Shown here: one piece after another, positions 45,263 through 55,064 of the stretch | Numbering within the stretch: the first letter of the stretch is position 1 | Layout: every line of letters starts with the position of its first letter | DNA from: Candidatus Microgenomates bacterium | GTDB taxonomy: Bacteria > Patescibacteriota > Microgenomatia > UBA8517 | DNA: 64,000 nucleotides | Assembly: GCA_049523135.1 (NCBI GenBank) | Contig: JBEKNE010000001.1 | Coordinates: 146,095 to 210,094 of the forward strand | Direction: 5' to 3' | Notes under the pieces: generated by a model | The model's input: only the letters and a program-made list of their open reading frames with translations | What the model was told of the DNA's origin: nothing | Databases searched by the model: none | Position numbers and translations under genes: made by a program

Positions 45263-47074
45263 ATGACCACTTCCGAAATCCGCAAAAAATATTTGGAGTT
45301 TTATAAAAAACAGGGTCATATAGAAATAACCCCAAGCCCACTTGTAATCGATTCTGATCCGACAACTCTTTTTACATCTTCCGGAATGCAGCAACTTATT
45401 CCTTATCTTAAGGGTGAGAAGAACCCTCAAGGAAAACGTTTAACCGATTCTCAATCATCATTAAGATTGCAGGATATTGAAGAAGTTGGTGATAACCGTC
45501 ACACAACATTTTTTGAAATGCTTGGAAACTGGAGTTTGGGAGATTATTTTAAGAGGGAACAAATTCCTTGGATTTGGAAATTTTTTACCGAAGAACTAGA
45601 ACTTCCAAAAGAAAGGCTGCATGTAAGTGTTTTTGAAGGAAATGAAGATATACAAAAAGATACGGAATCGTATGAAATTTGGAAAAGTTTAGGTCTTCCC
45701 GATTCGCATATTCATTTTTACGGAGCGGATAAAAATTGGTGGAGTAGAGCCGGAGCTCCTTCCAAAATGCCGGCAGGAGAAATCGGCGGACCGGATTCTG
45801 AAATATTTTTTGAGTTTCCTGATGTTCCCCACGACCCGAATTATGGAAAATTTTGCCACCCGAATTGCGACTGTGGGCATTTTTTGGAAATCGGTAACTC
45901 AGTTTTTATGCAATATCAAAAAACCGAAGACGGAAAATTAATTGAGTTGCCCCAGAAGAATGTTGATTTTGGCGGAGGATTGGAACGGATTGCCGCGGCG
46001 GTAATGGATAGTTCTGATGTTTTTAGAATTGATATTTTTTCGGGAATTATAAAAAAACTTGAAGAAGGAGTCGGAACTGCTTATGGTGAAGATTCACAAA
46101 AAGATAGAAGTTTTCGTATAATTGCCGATCACTTGCGGGCTTCTGTAAATCTGTTAAGCGAGGGAGTAATTCCGGGGAATAAACTTCATGGTTATGTACT
46201 TAGAAGGTTAATTCGAAGAACAATGTTTCATTTTCATTTGTTGGGAAGCGGTATGTCAGGTGGAGAAGTTGCCAACGTTGCTGAAAGTTTGAGAAAGTTT
46301 TACCCGAATGTTGATAAAAATTGGGAGTTTGTTGAAGAAAATTTGGCCGCTGAAGCCACGCGTTTTGAGGCGGCGCTGAAAAGAGGTCTAGCACGTCTCA
46401 CAAAAGCGGTCAGCGATAACCAGGAAATTAACGGAAAGTTTGCGTTCGATATTTACCAGACTGAAGGTTTTCCGCTGGAACTTACAATGGAAATATTGAA
46501 CCAAAACGGAATTACCTTTTCACCCGCCGAAAAAAATGCGTTTGAAACGGAATTTGAAAAACACAAGGAAGCTTCTCGTACAGCTTCCGCAGGAATGTTT
46601 AAGGGAGGGCTTGCCGAGGCTTCCGAGATTACGACCAAACTTCATACGGCAACACATCTTCTTCATGCGGCTCTTAGACAAGTTTTGGGAGAACATGTCG
46701 GGCAAAAAGGAAGCCATGTAACGAGCGAAAGATTGCGTTTTGATTTTTCCCATCCGCAAAAACTGACAGATACCGAAATTAAAAAGGTTGAGGATTTGGT
46801 AAACCTAAAAATAAACGAAGACTTGCTTGTAAGTTTTGTCGAAATGCCGCTAAAAGAGGCAATTACCCAAGGAGCAATGCATTTTTTTGCCGAAAAGTAT
46901 GGAGAAAAGGTTAAAGTTTATACAATTGGCGACCCAAACGGAATCTGGTTTTCCAAAGAAGTGTGCGGCGGGCCGCATGTGACTCACACGGGTGGTATAG
47001 GGGGTGTTAGAATAATTAAGCAGGAGAAAATCGGATCCGGAATTGTCCGGATTTATGCTGTTCTTAAAAAATGA
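45263..47074 (+). CDS. alaS: Alanyl-tRNA synthetase (compact, no C-Ala domain)
   Basis: RHTTFFEMLGNWS, DFGGGLER, ADHLRA, editing motifs HTATH and CGGPH. Confidence 0.96.
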   Translation: MTTSEIRKKYLEFYKKQGHIEITPSPLVIDSDPTTLFTSSGMQQLIPYLKGEKNPQGKRLTDSQSSLRLQDIEEVGDNRHTTFFEMLGNWSLGDYFKREQIPWIWKFFTEELELPKERLHVSVFEGNEDIQKDTESYEIWKSLGLPDSHIHFYGADKNWWSRAGAPSKMPAGEIGGPDSEIFFEFPDVPHDPNYGKFCHPNCDCGHFLEIGNSVFMQYQKTEDGKLIELPQKNVDFGGGLERIAAAVMDSSDVFRIDIFSGIIKKLEEGVGTAYGEDSQKDRSFRIIADHLRASVNLLSEGVIPGNKLHGYVLRRLIRRTMFHFHLLGSGMSGGEVANVAESLRKFYPNVDKNWEFVEENLAAEATRFEAALKRGLARLTKAVSDNQEINGKFAFDIYQTEGFPLELTMEILNQNGITFSPAEKNAFETEFEKHKEASRTASAGMFKGGLAEASEITTKLHTATHLLHAALRQVLGEHVGQKGSHVTSERLRFDFSHPQKLTDTEIKKVEDLVNLKINEDLLVSFVEMPLKEAITQGAMHFFAEKYGEKVKVYTIGDPNGIWFSKEVCGGPHVTHTGGIGGVRIIKQEKIGSGIVRIYAVLKK

Positions 47075-49239
47075 ACCTCAAGGATTTCTTAACAAGCAGG
47101 GAAAATCCACCTGAGCTTTATTGGTCGCTTGTAATTGAAGGAGGGTGGGTTCAAGCGGGACTTTGGTATATAGAGGATGCAGCCGCTGAAGTAGTTAGTA
47201 TCAGTTCCGGTGCGGCATGGAGTACCGATGATGAACTTTTGAGTGCAACAGATGCGGCTCTTTCTTCCGCTATCCAAACACTTCCTGAAAATTATAAAGA
47301 GCCGAATAAAACCGTTTTTGGTGTACCTTCTTCTTGGGTTAAAGGCGGGGAAATTTCGGAAGAGTATTTGGGTAAAATTAAAAAACTTTGTACGGAACTT
47401 TCCTTAACCCCGGTTGGTTTTGTAGTTTTGCCGGAGGCAATTGCTCATTTATATAAATCCGAAGAAGGATCTCCTTTGAATGCCATAATTTTAGGGCTTT
47501 CCGAGGCAAATATTGAAGTCTCGGTTTTTAAACTGGGAAATTTGATCGGTACAACGGAAGTATCCAGAAGCGTTTCTTTAATTGAAGATGTTGTCGAAGG
47601 TCTATCCAGATTTGAAAGTGCAGCCCCATTGCCGTCCCGTTTTATTATTTACAACGGTAAAGAAAGGGAGTTGGAAGAGGCTAAAGAAACTTTACTGCAG
47701 GCATCCTGGGGAGATAGCAGTAAGATTAAATTTTTACACACTCCCAAAGTTGAAATCTTAAGTCCCGATAGAAAAGTTTTGGCAACTTCATTTGCCGGAG
47801 CTGCCGAAATTGGTAATGTTTCCCAAGTTACCTCTAAAGAACCGGAATATACGGAAGAAAAAGAAGAAGAGATTTCTAAAGCGGTATTGGCTCAAGAAAA
47901 AACTGCGGAAGATTTAGGCTTTGCGGTCGGACAAGATATTTCAATGAAAAAAGAAGATATTGAAAACGTGGTTCCCCCCGAAAATATTCCGGTTTCTACC
48001 CCGCCAAAACCCGCTTTTAACCCGGGAAATGACGCCGCCAAATACTTAAGAAAAACCCGGGATTTTTTTCATTCATTTTCGATAAAGGCGCCTCCCGCTC
48101 CACATATCAAAAATAATACTTTGATCGGCATTTTAGTGGCAATCTTTCTTGTTCTTGCAGGTGGCGGAGTTTTTTGGTGGTTTTACCCAAAGGCAAATGT
48201 TATTGTTTATGTTGCTCCTAAAAGATTTGAGGAGACGGTTCAAATAACTTTTGCTCCGAACGGACAATCAAATTTAAGTGCCGGTATAATTTCCGGCCAA
48301 GTGATTACAGATCAGGTATCGGGTGATAAAACCAAGTCAGCAACAGGTACAAAACTAATAGGAAATAAAGCTGTCGGTACAGTCCAAATTGCAAACGGAA
48401 ACGGAACAGATATCAGTTTGTCAGCAGGTACAATTTTAAATTCTTCCGCAGGACTTAAATTTGTAACAAATTCGGAAGCATCTGTCTCTGGTCAACTTTT
48501 GCCGGGTCAACCTGGGACTGCAAATGTTGATGTTACCGCCGGAGATATAGGGTCTCAATATAATTTAGCAAAAGGGGAAATATTCAGTGTGGGAAATTAC
48601 TCAAAAGCGCTTGTTGCTGGAACTTCAGTTGCCGATTTTTCAGGCGGGAGCAGTCAGGAAGTTTCAGCAGTAAGTAAAGATGATCAAACAGGTTTGGAAA
48701 CGGATTTGGAGAGCGAGTTAAATCAAAATGCAATAAACGATATTTCAGCCAAAATCGGAAGTGATCAGATTTTTGTAAATCAATTAGCCTCGTTTGATGT
48801 GGCAAGTGAAAATTTTGACCACAAAGTTGGAGACTCTGCGGATAGTATTAAACTTTCTTTAACAATGAATGCAACAGGAATTGCCGCCAATAAGACAGAT
48901 CTTCTTAATTATGCCAAAAGCGTGCTTCAGGATAAGGTTCCTTCGGGTTTTACTCTTAAAGATGATCAGATAGATTTTAAGTTTCAGTTTGTGGGGGAGC
49001 AGAATGGAAATTATTTATATAATGTAACTGTTGGAGCAAATTTCCTACCTCAACTCGATACTCAAAAAGTAATTTTGCAGATTCTCGGCAAGGACCCATC
49101 TGTTGTTGAAAATTATTTGGATTCAATTCCCGGATTTGATCATGCTGAAATAACTTTAAAGCCAAAGTTTCCTGGTCCTCTTGGCACTCTCCCCAGAATT
49201 GCCAAAAATATCACTCTCGAAGTGGAAGCAGAACAATAG
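47071..49239 (+). CDS. Bitopic protein: degenerate FtsA/actin-like N-terminus, TM, baseplate-J-like outer domain
   Basis: TVFGVPSSWV..PVGFVVLPEAIAH; single TM; A.GTV.I.N...L.AGT.L...G.KF.T...V.V.A...G..YN pattern. Confidence 0.55.
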   Translation: MNLKDFLTSRENPPELYWSLVIEGGWVQAGLWYIEDAAAEVVSISSGAAWSTDDELLSATDAALSSAIQTLPENYKEPNKTVFGVPSSWVKGGEISEEYLGKIKKLCTELSLTPVGFVVLPEAIAHLYKSEEGSPLNAIILGLSEANIEVSVFKLGNLIGTTEVSRSVSLIEDVVEGLSRFESAAPLPSRFIIYNGKERELEEAKETLLQASWGDSSKIKFLHTPKVEILSPDRKVLATSFAGAAEIGNVSQVTSKEPEYTEEKEEEISKAVLAQEKTAEDLGFAVGQDISMKKEDIENVVPPENIPVSTPPKPAFNPGNDAAKYLRKTRDFFHSFSIKAPPAPHIKNNTLIGILVAIFLVLAGGGVFWWFYPKANVIVYVAPKRFEETVQITFAPNGQSNLSAGIISGQVITDQVSGDKTKSATGTKLIGNKAVGTVQIANGNGTDISLSAGTILNSSAGLKFVTNSEASVSGQLLPGQPGTANVDVTAGDIGSQYNLAKGEIFSVGNYSKALVAGTSVADFSGGSSQEVSAVSKDDQTGLETDLESELNQNAINDISAKIGSDQIFVNQLASFDVASENFDHKVGDSADSIKLSLTMNATGIAANKTDLLNYAKSVLQDKVPSGFTLKDDQIDFKFQFVGEQNGNYLYNVTVGANFLPQLDTQKVILQILGKDPSVVENYLDSIPGFDHAEITLKPKFPGPLGTLPRIAKNITLEVEAEQ

Positions 49240-49253
49240 TACACTAGTGTGAT

Positions 49254-49973
49254 ATGTCTCAAAAAACAATCTTGCGGGTAGCCGCTTTGATTTCCGGAAT
49301 TTCTGGGATTGTTATTTTAACAGGAGTAATTTATCCGATTGTTCTATATAACACAACTTATTCCAAAAACTACACAAAACTTGTTTCTCCGGTAAATGGA
49401 TCGACTACCAATGCGACTGTTACAAACCCTACTCAAAATGTTTTAGGTAGCAGCGCTTCGGGACAAAGTGACACGGATGCAAGTACTTGGTTTACCGGAG
49501 GGGCAACAAAAGAAGATTTTGGTTCCTCAAGTATAAATTATTACACGCTTACAATTCCAAAACTCGATATTGACGGCGCCACGGTTGCAATTGGAGGAGA
49601 CGATTTGGATAAGAGTTTGATTCAGTATCCCGGTACCGCTTTGCCCGGAAAACGAGGAAATGCCGTTATCTTTGGTCATTCGGTCTTACCACTTTACAAT
49701 AACCCCAAAAGTTACAGATCAATTTTTACCATGCTTCCGACCCTTACTATCGGGGATCAGATTTTTGTAAATTACGATGGAGTTTCCTACACTTATAAGG
49801 TGGAAACAATGTTTGAAGTCTTGCCGACGGACATTCAAGTATTGGATCAGGACAGCAGCGACTCCTTTTTAACTTTGGTAACCTGCGTTCCGCCGGGGGA
49901 TCCGTGGGATCCTAAAAGACTGATTGTCAGAGCAAGGGTGGTTCCACCCAATCAGAATACAAATATAGATTAG
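49254..49973 (+). CDS. Sortase
   Basis: N-terminal TM; LTIPKL, GNAVIFGHS (His), LTLVTC (Cys), RLIVRA (Arg). Confidence 0.93.
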   Translation: MSQKTILRVAALISGISGIVILTGVIYPIVLYNTTYSKNYTKLVSPVNGSTTNATVTNPTQNVLGSSASGQSDTDASTWFTGGATKEDFGSSSINYYTLTIPKLDIDGATVAIGGDDLDKSLIQYPGTALPGKRGNAVIFGHSVLPLYNNPKSYRSIFTMLPTLTIGDQIFVNYDGVSYTYKVETMFEVLPTDIQVLDQDSSDSFLTLVTCVPPGDPWDPKRLIVRARVVPPNQNTNID

Positions 49974-49974
49974 T

Positions 49975-50361
49975 ATGAAAATATTAGGAATTGATTATGG
50001 AAGAAATAAAATGGGATTGGCAGTTTCCGATGGCCCACTGGCGGAGCCGCTTCGCGTGATTAGATACTCAGATACAAGAGTGGTTGCTGAACAAATAAAA
50101 AAAATTATTGAAGAAGAAAAGATTAAAAAAGTAATAGTCGGAATTTCGGAAGGAGAAATGGGAAAAGAGTCCCAAAATTTCAGTAAAAATTTTTCCGAGA
50201 TGATAAAAATTCCCGTTGAGACTTCCGATGAAACTCTTTCCACTCAGGAAGCCCAAATTCTCTCCCGCGAAGCGGGAATTCATCAAAAAAAGCGTCATGA
50301 GATGGAAGATGCCTACGCCGCCTGCATAATGCTTCAAAACTATTTGGATTTTTCAAGTTGA
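49975..50361 (+). CDS. ruvX: RuvX/YqgF resolvase-like pre-16S rRNA nuclease
   Basis: ILGIDYG...GLAVSD, DETLST.EA, DAYAA.IMLQ.YL. Confidence 0.93.
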   Translation: MKILGIDYGRNKMGLAVSDGPLAEPLRVIRYSDTRVVAEQIKKIIEEEKIKKVIVGISEGEMGKESQNFSKNFSEMIKIPVETSDETLSTQEAQILSREAGIHQKKRHEMEDAYAACIMLQNYLDFSS

Positions 50362-50393
50362 CGAGGGGCACTTCATGGTATAATTTATGTAGA

Positions 50394-50591
50394 ATGTTTA
50401 AAAATGTAATTGCTCCGATGCAGGCTTGGCTACTTTCTCAGGGAAGGTGTGTCGGTTGCGGTAGGCCTCTTTCCGAAGGTAAAGTTAAAAAAACCCAATA
50501 CGGTGAGCAGATAACTTGCGAGTGCGGGAGAATTTTTATTCATGACCCTAAGACCGGAAAGTACAGGCGAGCTCTTCTTGAGGAAGTCTGA
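50394..50591 (+). CDS. Small zinc-ribbon protein
   Basis: CVGCG and CECGR; extended -10 TG-n-TATAAT 9 nt before the ATG. Confidence 0.75.
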   Translation: MFKNVIAPMQAWLLSQGRCVGCGRPLSEGKVKKTQYGEQITCECGRIFIHDPKTGKYRRALLEEV

Positions 50592-51545
50592 ATGAAAAAA
50601 CTACTCTTTTTGCCTCTTTTGGTTATATTTTTTATTGCTGCGGGCGCCTTTTGGTTTTATAAAAGTTCATTACCCGTTTCCGTAACTGAAAATTTTAATT
50701 ATTTTGTCATTTCCAAAGGCGAATCAGCAGCTGAGATCGGGAGTAATCTCCAATCTTCAGGAATTATAAAAAGCGCTTTAGCTTTCAAGATTTATTTACA
50801 AGTAACGGGACAGTCGGGTAATCTTCAATCCGGAGAATTTAGGTTAACCCCTTCTTTTTCTCTCTTTCAAACCATAGAAACCCTTTTCAAAGGACCTGTG
50901 GAAATTTCAGTAACAATTCCAGAAGGCTTGAGACGTGAGGAAATTGCCGCAAAGTTTGCAGCAGGGCTTGATAAAGACAGTTCCTTTACGACTGAGTTTT
51001 TGCAGGCATCAAGCGGCAAGGAGGGCTATCTTTTCCCCGATACATATCTTTTTCCCAGAGACGCTTCGGCCTCGGCAATAGTAAAAAAGATGACGGATAC
51101 ATTTACGGCCAAGACTGAAGGTCTAACTCCCCAAGATTCAGGTCTTTCGTTTTCTCAATCAGTAATTTTGGCATCAATTCTTGAAAGAGAAACAAAAACC
51201 GATACTGAGCGTCCGATTGTGGCAGGAATACTTCTGAACAGAATTAACATGGGAATGCCATTACAGGTTGATGCCTCGGTACAATATGCAGTCGGAACGT
51301 CGAAAGACTGGTGGCCCATTCTTTCTTTGGCGGATTTGGCGGTAAAGTCCCCATACAATACTTATGTAAATCAAGGTCTTCCGCCTACACCCATTTCAAA
51401 CCCGGGACTTTCCAGCTTAAAAGCAGCATTTAATCCTGCAAAAACCAATTATCTTTATTATATTCATGATTCTTCAGGTCAAATTCACTATGCCCAAACT
51501 CTTGCGGAGCATAATGCCAATATTGCCAAATATTTGAATAAGTGA
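50592..51545 (+). CDS. mltG: Endolytic transglycosylase MltG
   Basis: TIPEG, EGYLFPDTY, ASILERE, LQVDAS, SPYNTY..GLPPTPISNPG. Confidence 0.95.
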   Translation: MKKLLFLPLLVIFFIAAGAFWFYKSSLPVSVTENFNYFVISKGESAAEIGSNLQSSGIIKSALAFKIYLQVTGQSGNLQSGEFRLTPSFSLFQTIETLFKGPVEISVTIPEGLRREEIAAKFAAGLDKDSSFTTEFLQASSGKEGYLFPDTYLFPRDASASAIVKKMTDTFTAKTEGLTPQDSGLSFSQSVILASILERETKTDTERPIVAGILLNRINMGMPLQVDASVQYAVGTSKDWWPILSLADLAVKSPYNTYVNQGLPPTPISNPGLSSLKAAFNPAKTNYLYYIHDSSGQIHYAQTLAEHNANIAKYLNK

Positions 51546-51565
51546 TTTTTGGGAGTATTTGGGGG

Positions 51566-51676
51566 TTGACAAGGGGATGTGGGACTATATAATCCGTTCT
51601 TAGGCGTACATGAATGGTACGCTCGTCTCGCTTCACAGTGGCGGGGCTTTAGTGTTTTAATAAACCCGAATACTAA
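51566..51676 (+). promoter_or_regulatory. rpoB promoter and three-hairpin leader
   Basis: TTGACA (51566), 16 nt, TATAAT (51588); hairpins at 51604-51622, 51625-51647 and 51649-51676. Confidence 0.7.
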
Positions 51677-54600
51677 TGACATCTAAGAAACCATCCCGCA
51701 GAAATTTCGGCAAAGAAGAAAAAAATCTGCCTGAAATTAATTTAAGCCAAGTTCAAAAAGAAAGCTGGCAATGGTTTCTAGGGGAAGGGATTAAAGAGGA
51801 ATTGATAGCAATTTCCCCGATTGATGATTTTACAGGAAAAAATTGGCAATTGTCTTTAAGTGATCACTCCTTGGGTGCTCCAACAATTTCTCCCAGAATG
51901 GCTCAGAAAAAGGGTATAACCTTTTCATCTCCTCTAAAAATTCGCGCAACCCTAGTTAATAAAAGAAACGGACAGGAAGTAACCCAGGATGTTTTCCTTG
52001 GGGATATTCCCCAAATGACTTCTGCGGGAACTTTTATAATCAATGGAATTGAAAGAGCAGTTATTAATCAGATAGTTCGCTCTCCGGGAGCTTATTTTTC
52101 AGGAGAATTGGACCCTTCAAGCGGTCGGGTTCTTTATAAAGCCGAAGTCCGTCCTCTTCATGGAAGCTGGCTGGAATTTGAAACTACCAGAGCGGATGTT
52201 ATTTATGCCAGAATCGACCGGAGGAGAAAAGTTTTGGCTACTACTTTTCTTCGCGCACTGGGAGTTGAGAGCGACCAGATGATTATTGATGCTTTCTGTG
52301 AAATTGATAAAGATAACGATCATAAATATATTGCGGCTACTTTAGCCAAGGATTCTACAAAAACCCAGGAGGAAGCTTTAATCGAAATTTATAGAAAGAT
52401 GCGCCCTGGAGAGCCGGCTGTACTGGAAAATGCGGAATCTCTTTTTGCCAGTCTTTTTACGGATGGCAGACGTTACGATTTGGGCAAAGTCGGTAGATTT
52501 AAGATAAATAAGAGATTGGGGGTTGCCCTTCCGAATGAGAAATCCAATTGGGTTTTGACAAGACAGGACGCAATTGCTTCAATTTCATATCTTATCGGTC
52601 TCCAGAACGGATCCGGAAAACTTGATGATATTGACCACCTTAGTAACCGCAGACTCCGCCGTGTTGGGGAGCTTGTTGCAGTTAATGCCTTTAGAGTAGG
52701 GCTTCTGAGGCTTGAAAGAAGTGTCAAGGAAAAAATGAGTCTTATTTCACCCGATGATAAACCGCTTCCGGCAACTCTTATTAATGCCCGTCCACTGATT
52801 GCATCTCTTAATGAATTTTTCAGAAGCAATCAGCTTTCAACAATACTGGACGATACAAATCCTCTTAGCGAAGTTGATAACCTCCGCCGTGTTTCTGTAC
52901 TCGGAACAGGGGGGATAAATAGGGAACGTGCTAGCTTCTCAATCCGTGATGTTAATGCCTCCCAATACGGCAGGATTGATCCGATTAGGTCTCCTGAAGG
53001 ACCAAATATCGGACTTGTAACCTACTTGGCATTGTATGCCAAGGTTGATGAGTTTGGTTTTATTCAGGCTCCCTATAGAAAAGTGGAAAAGGTTGGTAAG
53101 AAAGTCAGAGTAACCGATGAGATTGTTTATCTTACAGCCGATGATGAAGAGGATCGTTATATCACACACTCGGGAGTTGGAGTGGACGCGGAGGGCTTCA
53201 TTACCGATAAGCGTGTTCCTCTCAGATACGGAGGAAAGTTTATTGAAGGCTCTGCTCAATTGGTTGAATATATTGATGTAACTCCGCGCGAAGTAATTGG
53301 AGCTTCAGCTTCTCTTATTCCTTTCTTGGCCAATGATGAAGGAAACAGGGCCCTAATGGGAAGCAATATGCAGTGTCAGGCAGTCCCCTTGGTTAATCCG
53401 GAATCTCCAATTGTCGGAACGGGGATGGAGGCCGAGATTTCTTCTGGAATGCAGAGGGTTGTTTATACAAAACACTCGGGAACAGTTGATTATGTTGATG
53501 GTGAAAAGGTGATAGTTAAGCTTGATAAAAAAACCAGTGATAAAGATGAAAATGTAAATGTTGAGGATTCTGAGCTCACAGATGACGGTAAGAAAGAAGT
53601 TTATTATTTGACAAAGTTTAAGCGTACAGCACATTCAACCTGTTATAACCAAATTGTTAGAGTTGAACCCGGACAGAAAGTAGCCACTGGAGACCTTCTG
53701 ATTGATGGTCCTGCCAGTGAAGGCGGAGAACTTGGACTGGGGCGCAATTTGGTAATAGCTTATACCAGTCTTGGAGGTTACGGATTTGAAGATGCAATTC
53801 TTATTTCCGACAGATTGGTCAAAAATGATCTTTTGACCTCTATTCATATTGAGGAATATGAAGCTGAAGTTGTCGATACAAAATTAGGTCCCGAGGAAAT
53901 AACCAATGATATTCCGAATGTTTCCGAGGCAGAGCTTGCAAATTTGGCCTCCGACGGAATAGTTATGATCGGAGCCGAAGTCGGACCAAACGACATTTTG
54001 GTCGGAAAAATTGCACCTAAAGGTGAAACGGAATTAACCAGCGAGGAAAGACTTCTTCGGGCCATTTTTGGTGAAAAAGCCAGAGAAGTTCGTGATACAT
54101 CTTTAAGAATTCCTCATGGTGAACGCGGAACTGTAGTTGATGTACAGATTTTGGATCGCGATAAAGGGGACGAACTCGGTCCAGGAGTCATCAAAAAAGT
54201 AATTGTCAGAGTTGCACAGATCAGAAAGATTACGGTTGGAGATAAGGTTGCAGGCCGCCACGGAAATAAAGGAGTGGTAAGCAAAATCATGCCAGTTGCG
54301 GATATGCCCCATATGATGGACGGAACACCTGTTGATATTCTTATTTCGCCTCTTTCCGTAATTTCGCGTATGAACCTCGGGCAACTGATGGAGGCCCATC
54401 TTGGCTGGGCACTTATGACTAAAGGACAAAAGGGAGCAGTGCCTGTTTTTGACAAAATCGGAGCGGAAATGATTGCAAATGAACTAAAGACTGCCGGACT
54501 TCCCGTTAACGGAAAAACAAGACTGATTGACGGCAGAACAGGTGAACCCTTTGAGGAAGAAACTGTCGTCGGAATTGCTTACATAATGAAACTTATCCAC

Positions 54601-55050
54601 ATGGTCGAAGATAAGACTCATGCGAGAAGCACTGGTCCGTACTCTTTAGTTACTCAGCAACCTTTGGGAGGCAAAGCCCAAATGGGAGGGCAACGTCTTG
54701 GGGAAATGGAAGTTTGGGCACTTGAAGCACACCGTGCAGCCCATACTTTGCAGGAAATGCTTACTATTAAATCCGATGATGTTCTTGGTCGTGCAAAAGC
54801 CTTTGAAGCTATTGTTAAAGGTGTTGATATTCCGGAATCAACCATTCCCGAAAGCTTTAAAGTATTGGTTCGAGAACTTAACTCGTTGGGACTTGCAATC
54901 GATCCCAAAGGAGCAGTTTTAGCAAAAGAAAGTGATGAAAACGAAGAGGCCGGAACCGAGTTGGCTAAAGCTGCCGGAGCCGAAATGGTCGCGACCAAGG
55001 AACTAACGGCAGATAAAAGTCCTATGGAAGTTGAGGAACCGATAGCTTAG
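51676..55050 (+). CDS. rpoB: RNA polymerase beta subunit
   Basis: GTFIINGIER, PEGPNIGL, RALMGSNMQ, GDKVAGRHGNKGVV, GGQRLGEMEVWALEA. Confidence 0.99.
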   Translation: MTSKKPSRRNFGKEEKNLPEINLSQVQKESWQWFLGEGIKEELIAISPIDDFTGKNWQLSLSDHSLGAPTISPRMAQKKGITFSSPLKIRATLVNKRNGQEVTQDVFLGDIPQMTSAGTFIINGIERAVINQIVRSPGAYFSGELDPSSGRVLYKAEVRPLHGSWLEFETTRADVIYARIDRRRKVLATTFLRALGVESDQMIIDAFCEIDKDNDHKYIAATLAKDSTKTQEEALIEIYRKMRPGEPAVLENAESLFASLFTDGRRYDLGKVGRFKINKRLGVALPNEKSNWVLTRQDAIASISYLIGLQNGSGKLDDIDHLSNRRLRRVGELVAVNAFRVGLLRLERSVKEKMSLISPDDKPLPATLINARPLIASLNEFFRSNQLSTILDDTNPLSEVDNLRRVSVLGTGGINRERASFSIRDVNASQYGRIDPIRSPEGPNIGLVTYLALYAKVDEFGFIQAPYRKVEKVGKKVRVTDEIVYLTADDEEDRYITHSGVGVDAEGFITDKRVPLRYGGKFIEGSAQLVEYIDVTPREVIGASASLIPFLANDEGNRALMGSNMQCQAVPLVNPESPIVGTGMEAEISSGMQRVVYTKHSGTVDYVDGEKVIVKLDKKTSDKDENVNVEDSELTDDGKKEVYYLTKFKRTAHSTCYNQIVRVEPGQKVATGDLLIDGPASEGGELGLGRNLVIAYTSLGGYGFEDAILISDRLVKNDLLTSIHIEEYEAEVVDTKLGPEEITNDIPNVSEAELANLASDGIVMIGAEVGPNDILVGKIAPKGETELTSEERLLRAIFGEKAREVRDTSLRIPHGERGTVVDVQILDRDKGDELGPGVIKKVIVRVAQIRKITVGDKVAGRHGNKGVVSKIMPVADMPHMMDGTPVDILISPLSVISRMNLGQLMEAHLGWALMTKGQKGAVPVFDKIGAEMIANELKTAGLPVNGKTRLIDGRTGEPFEEETVVGIAYIMKLIHMVEDKTHARSTGPYSLVTQQPLGGKAQMGGQRLGEMEVWALEAHRAAHTLQEMLTIKSDDVLGRAKAFEAIVKGVDIPESTIPESFKVLVRELNSLGLAIDPKGAVLAKESDENEEAGTELAKAAGAEMVATKELTADKSPMEVEEPIA

Positions 55051-55064
55051 AATATACCGAAATT

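Noticed and set aside
47071-49239. Prophage or tailocin
   Set aside because: Single baseplate-like domain on a membrane protein among housekeeping genes; no other phage genes.
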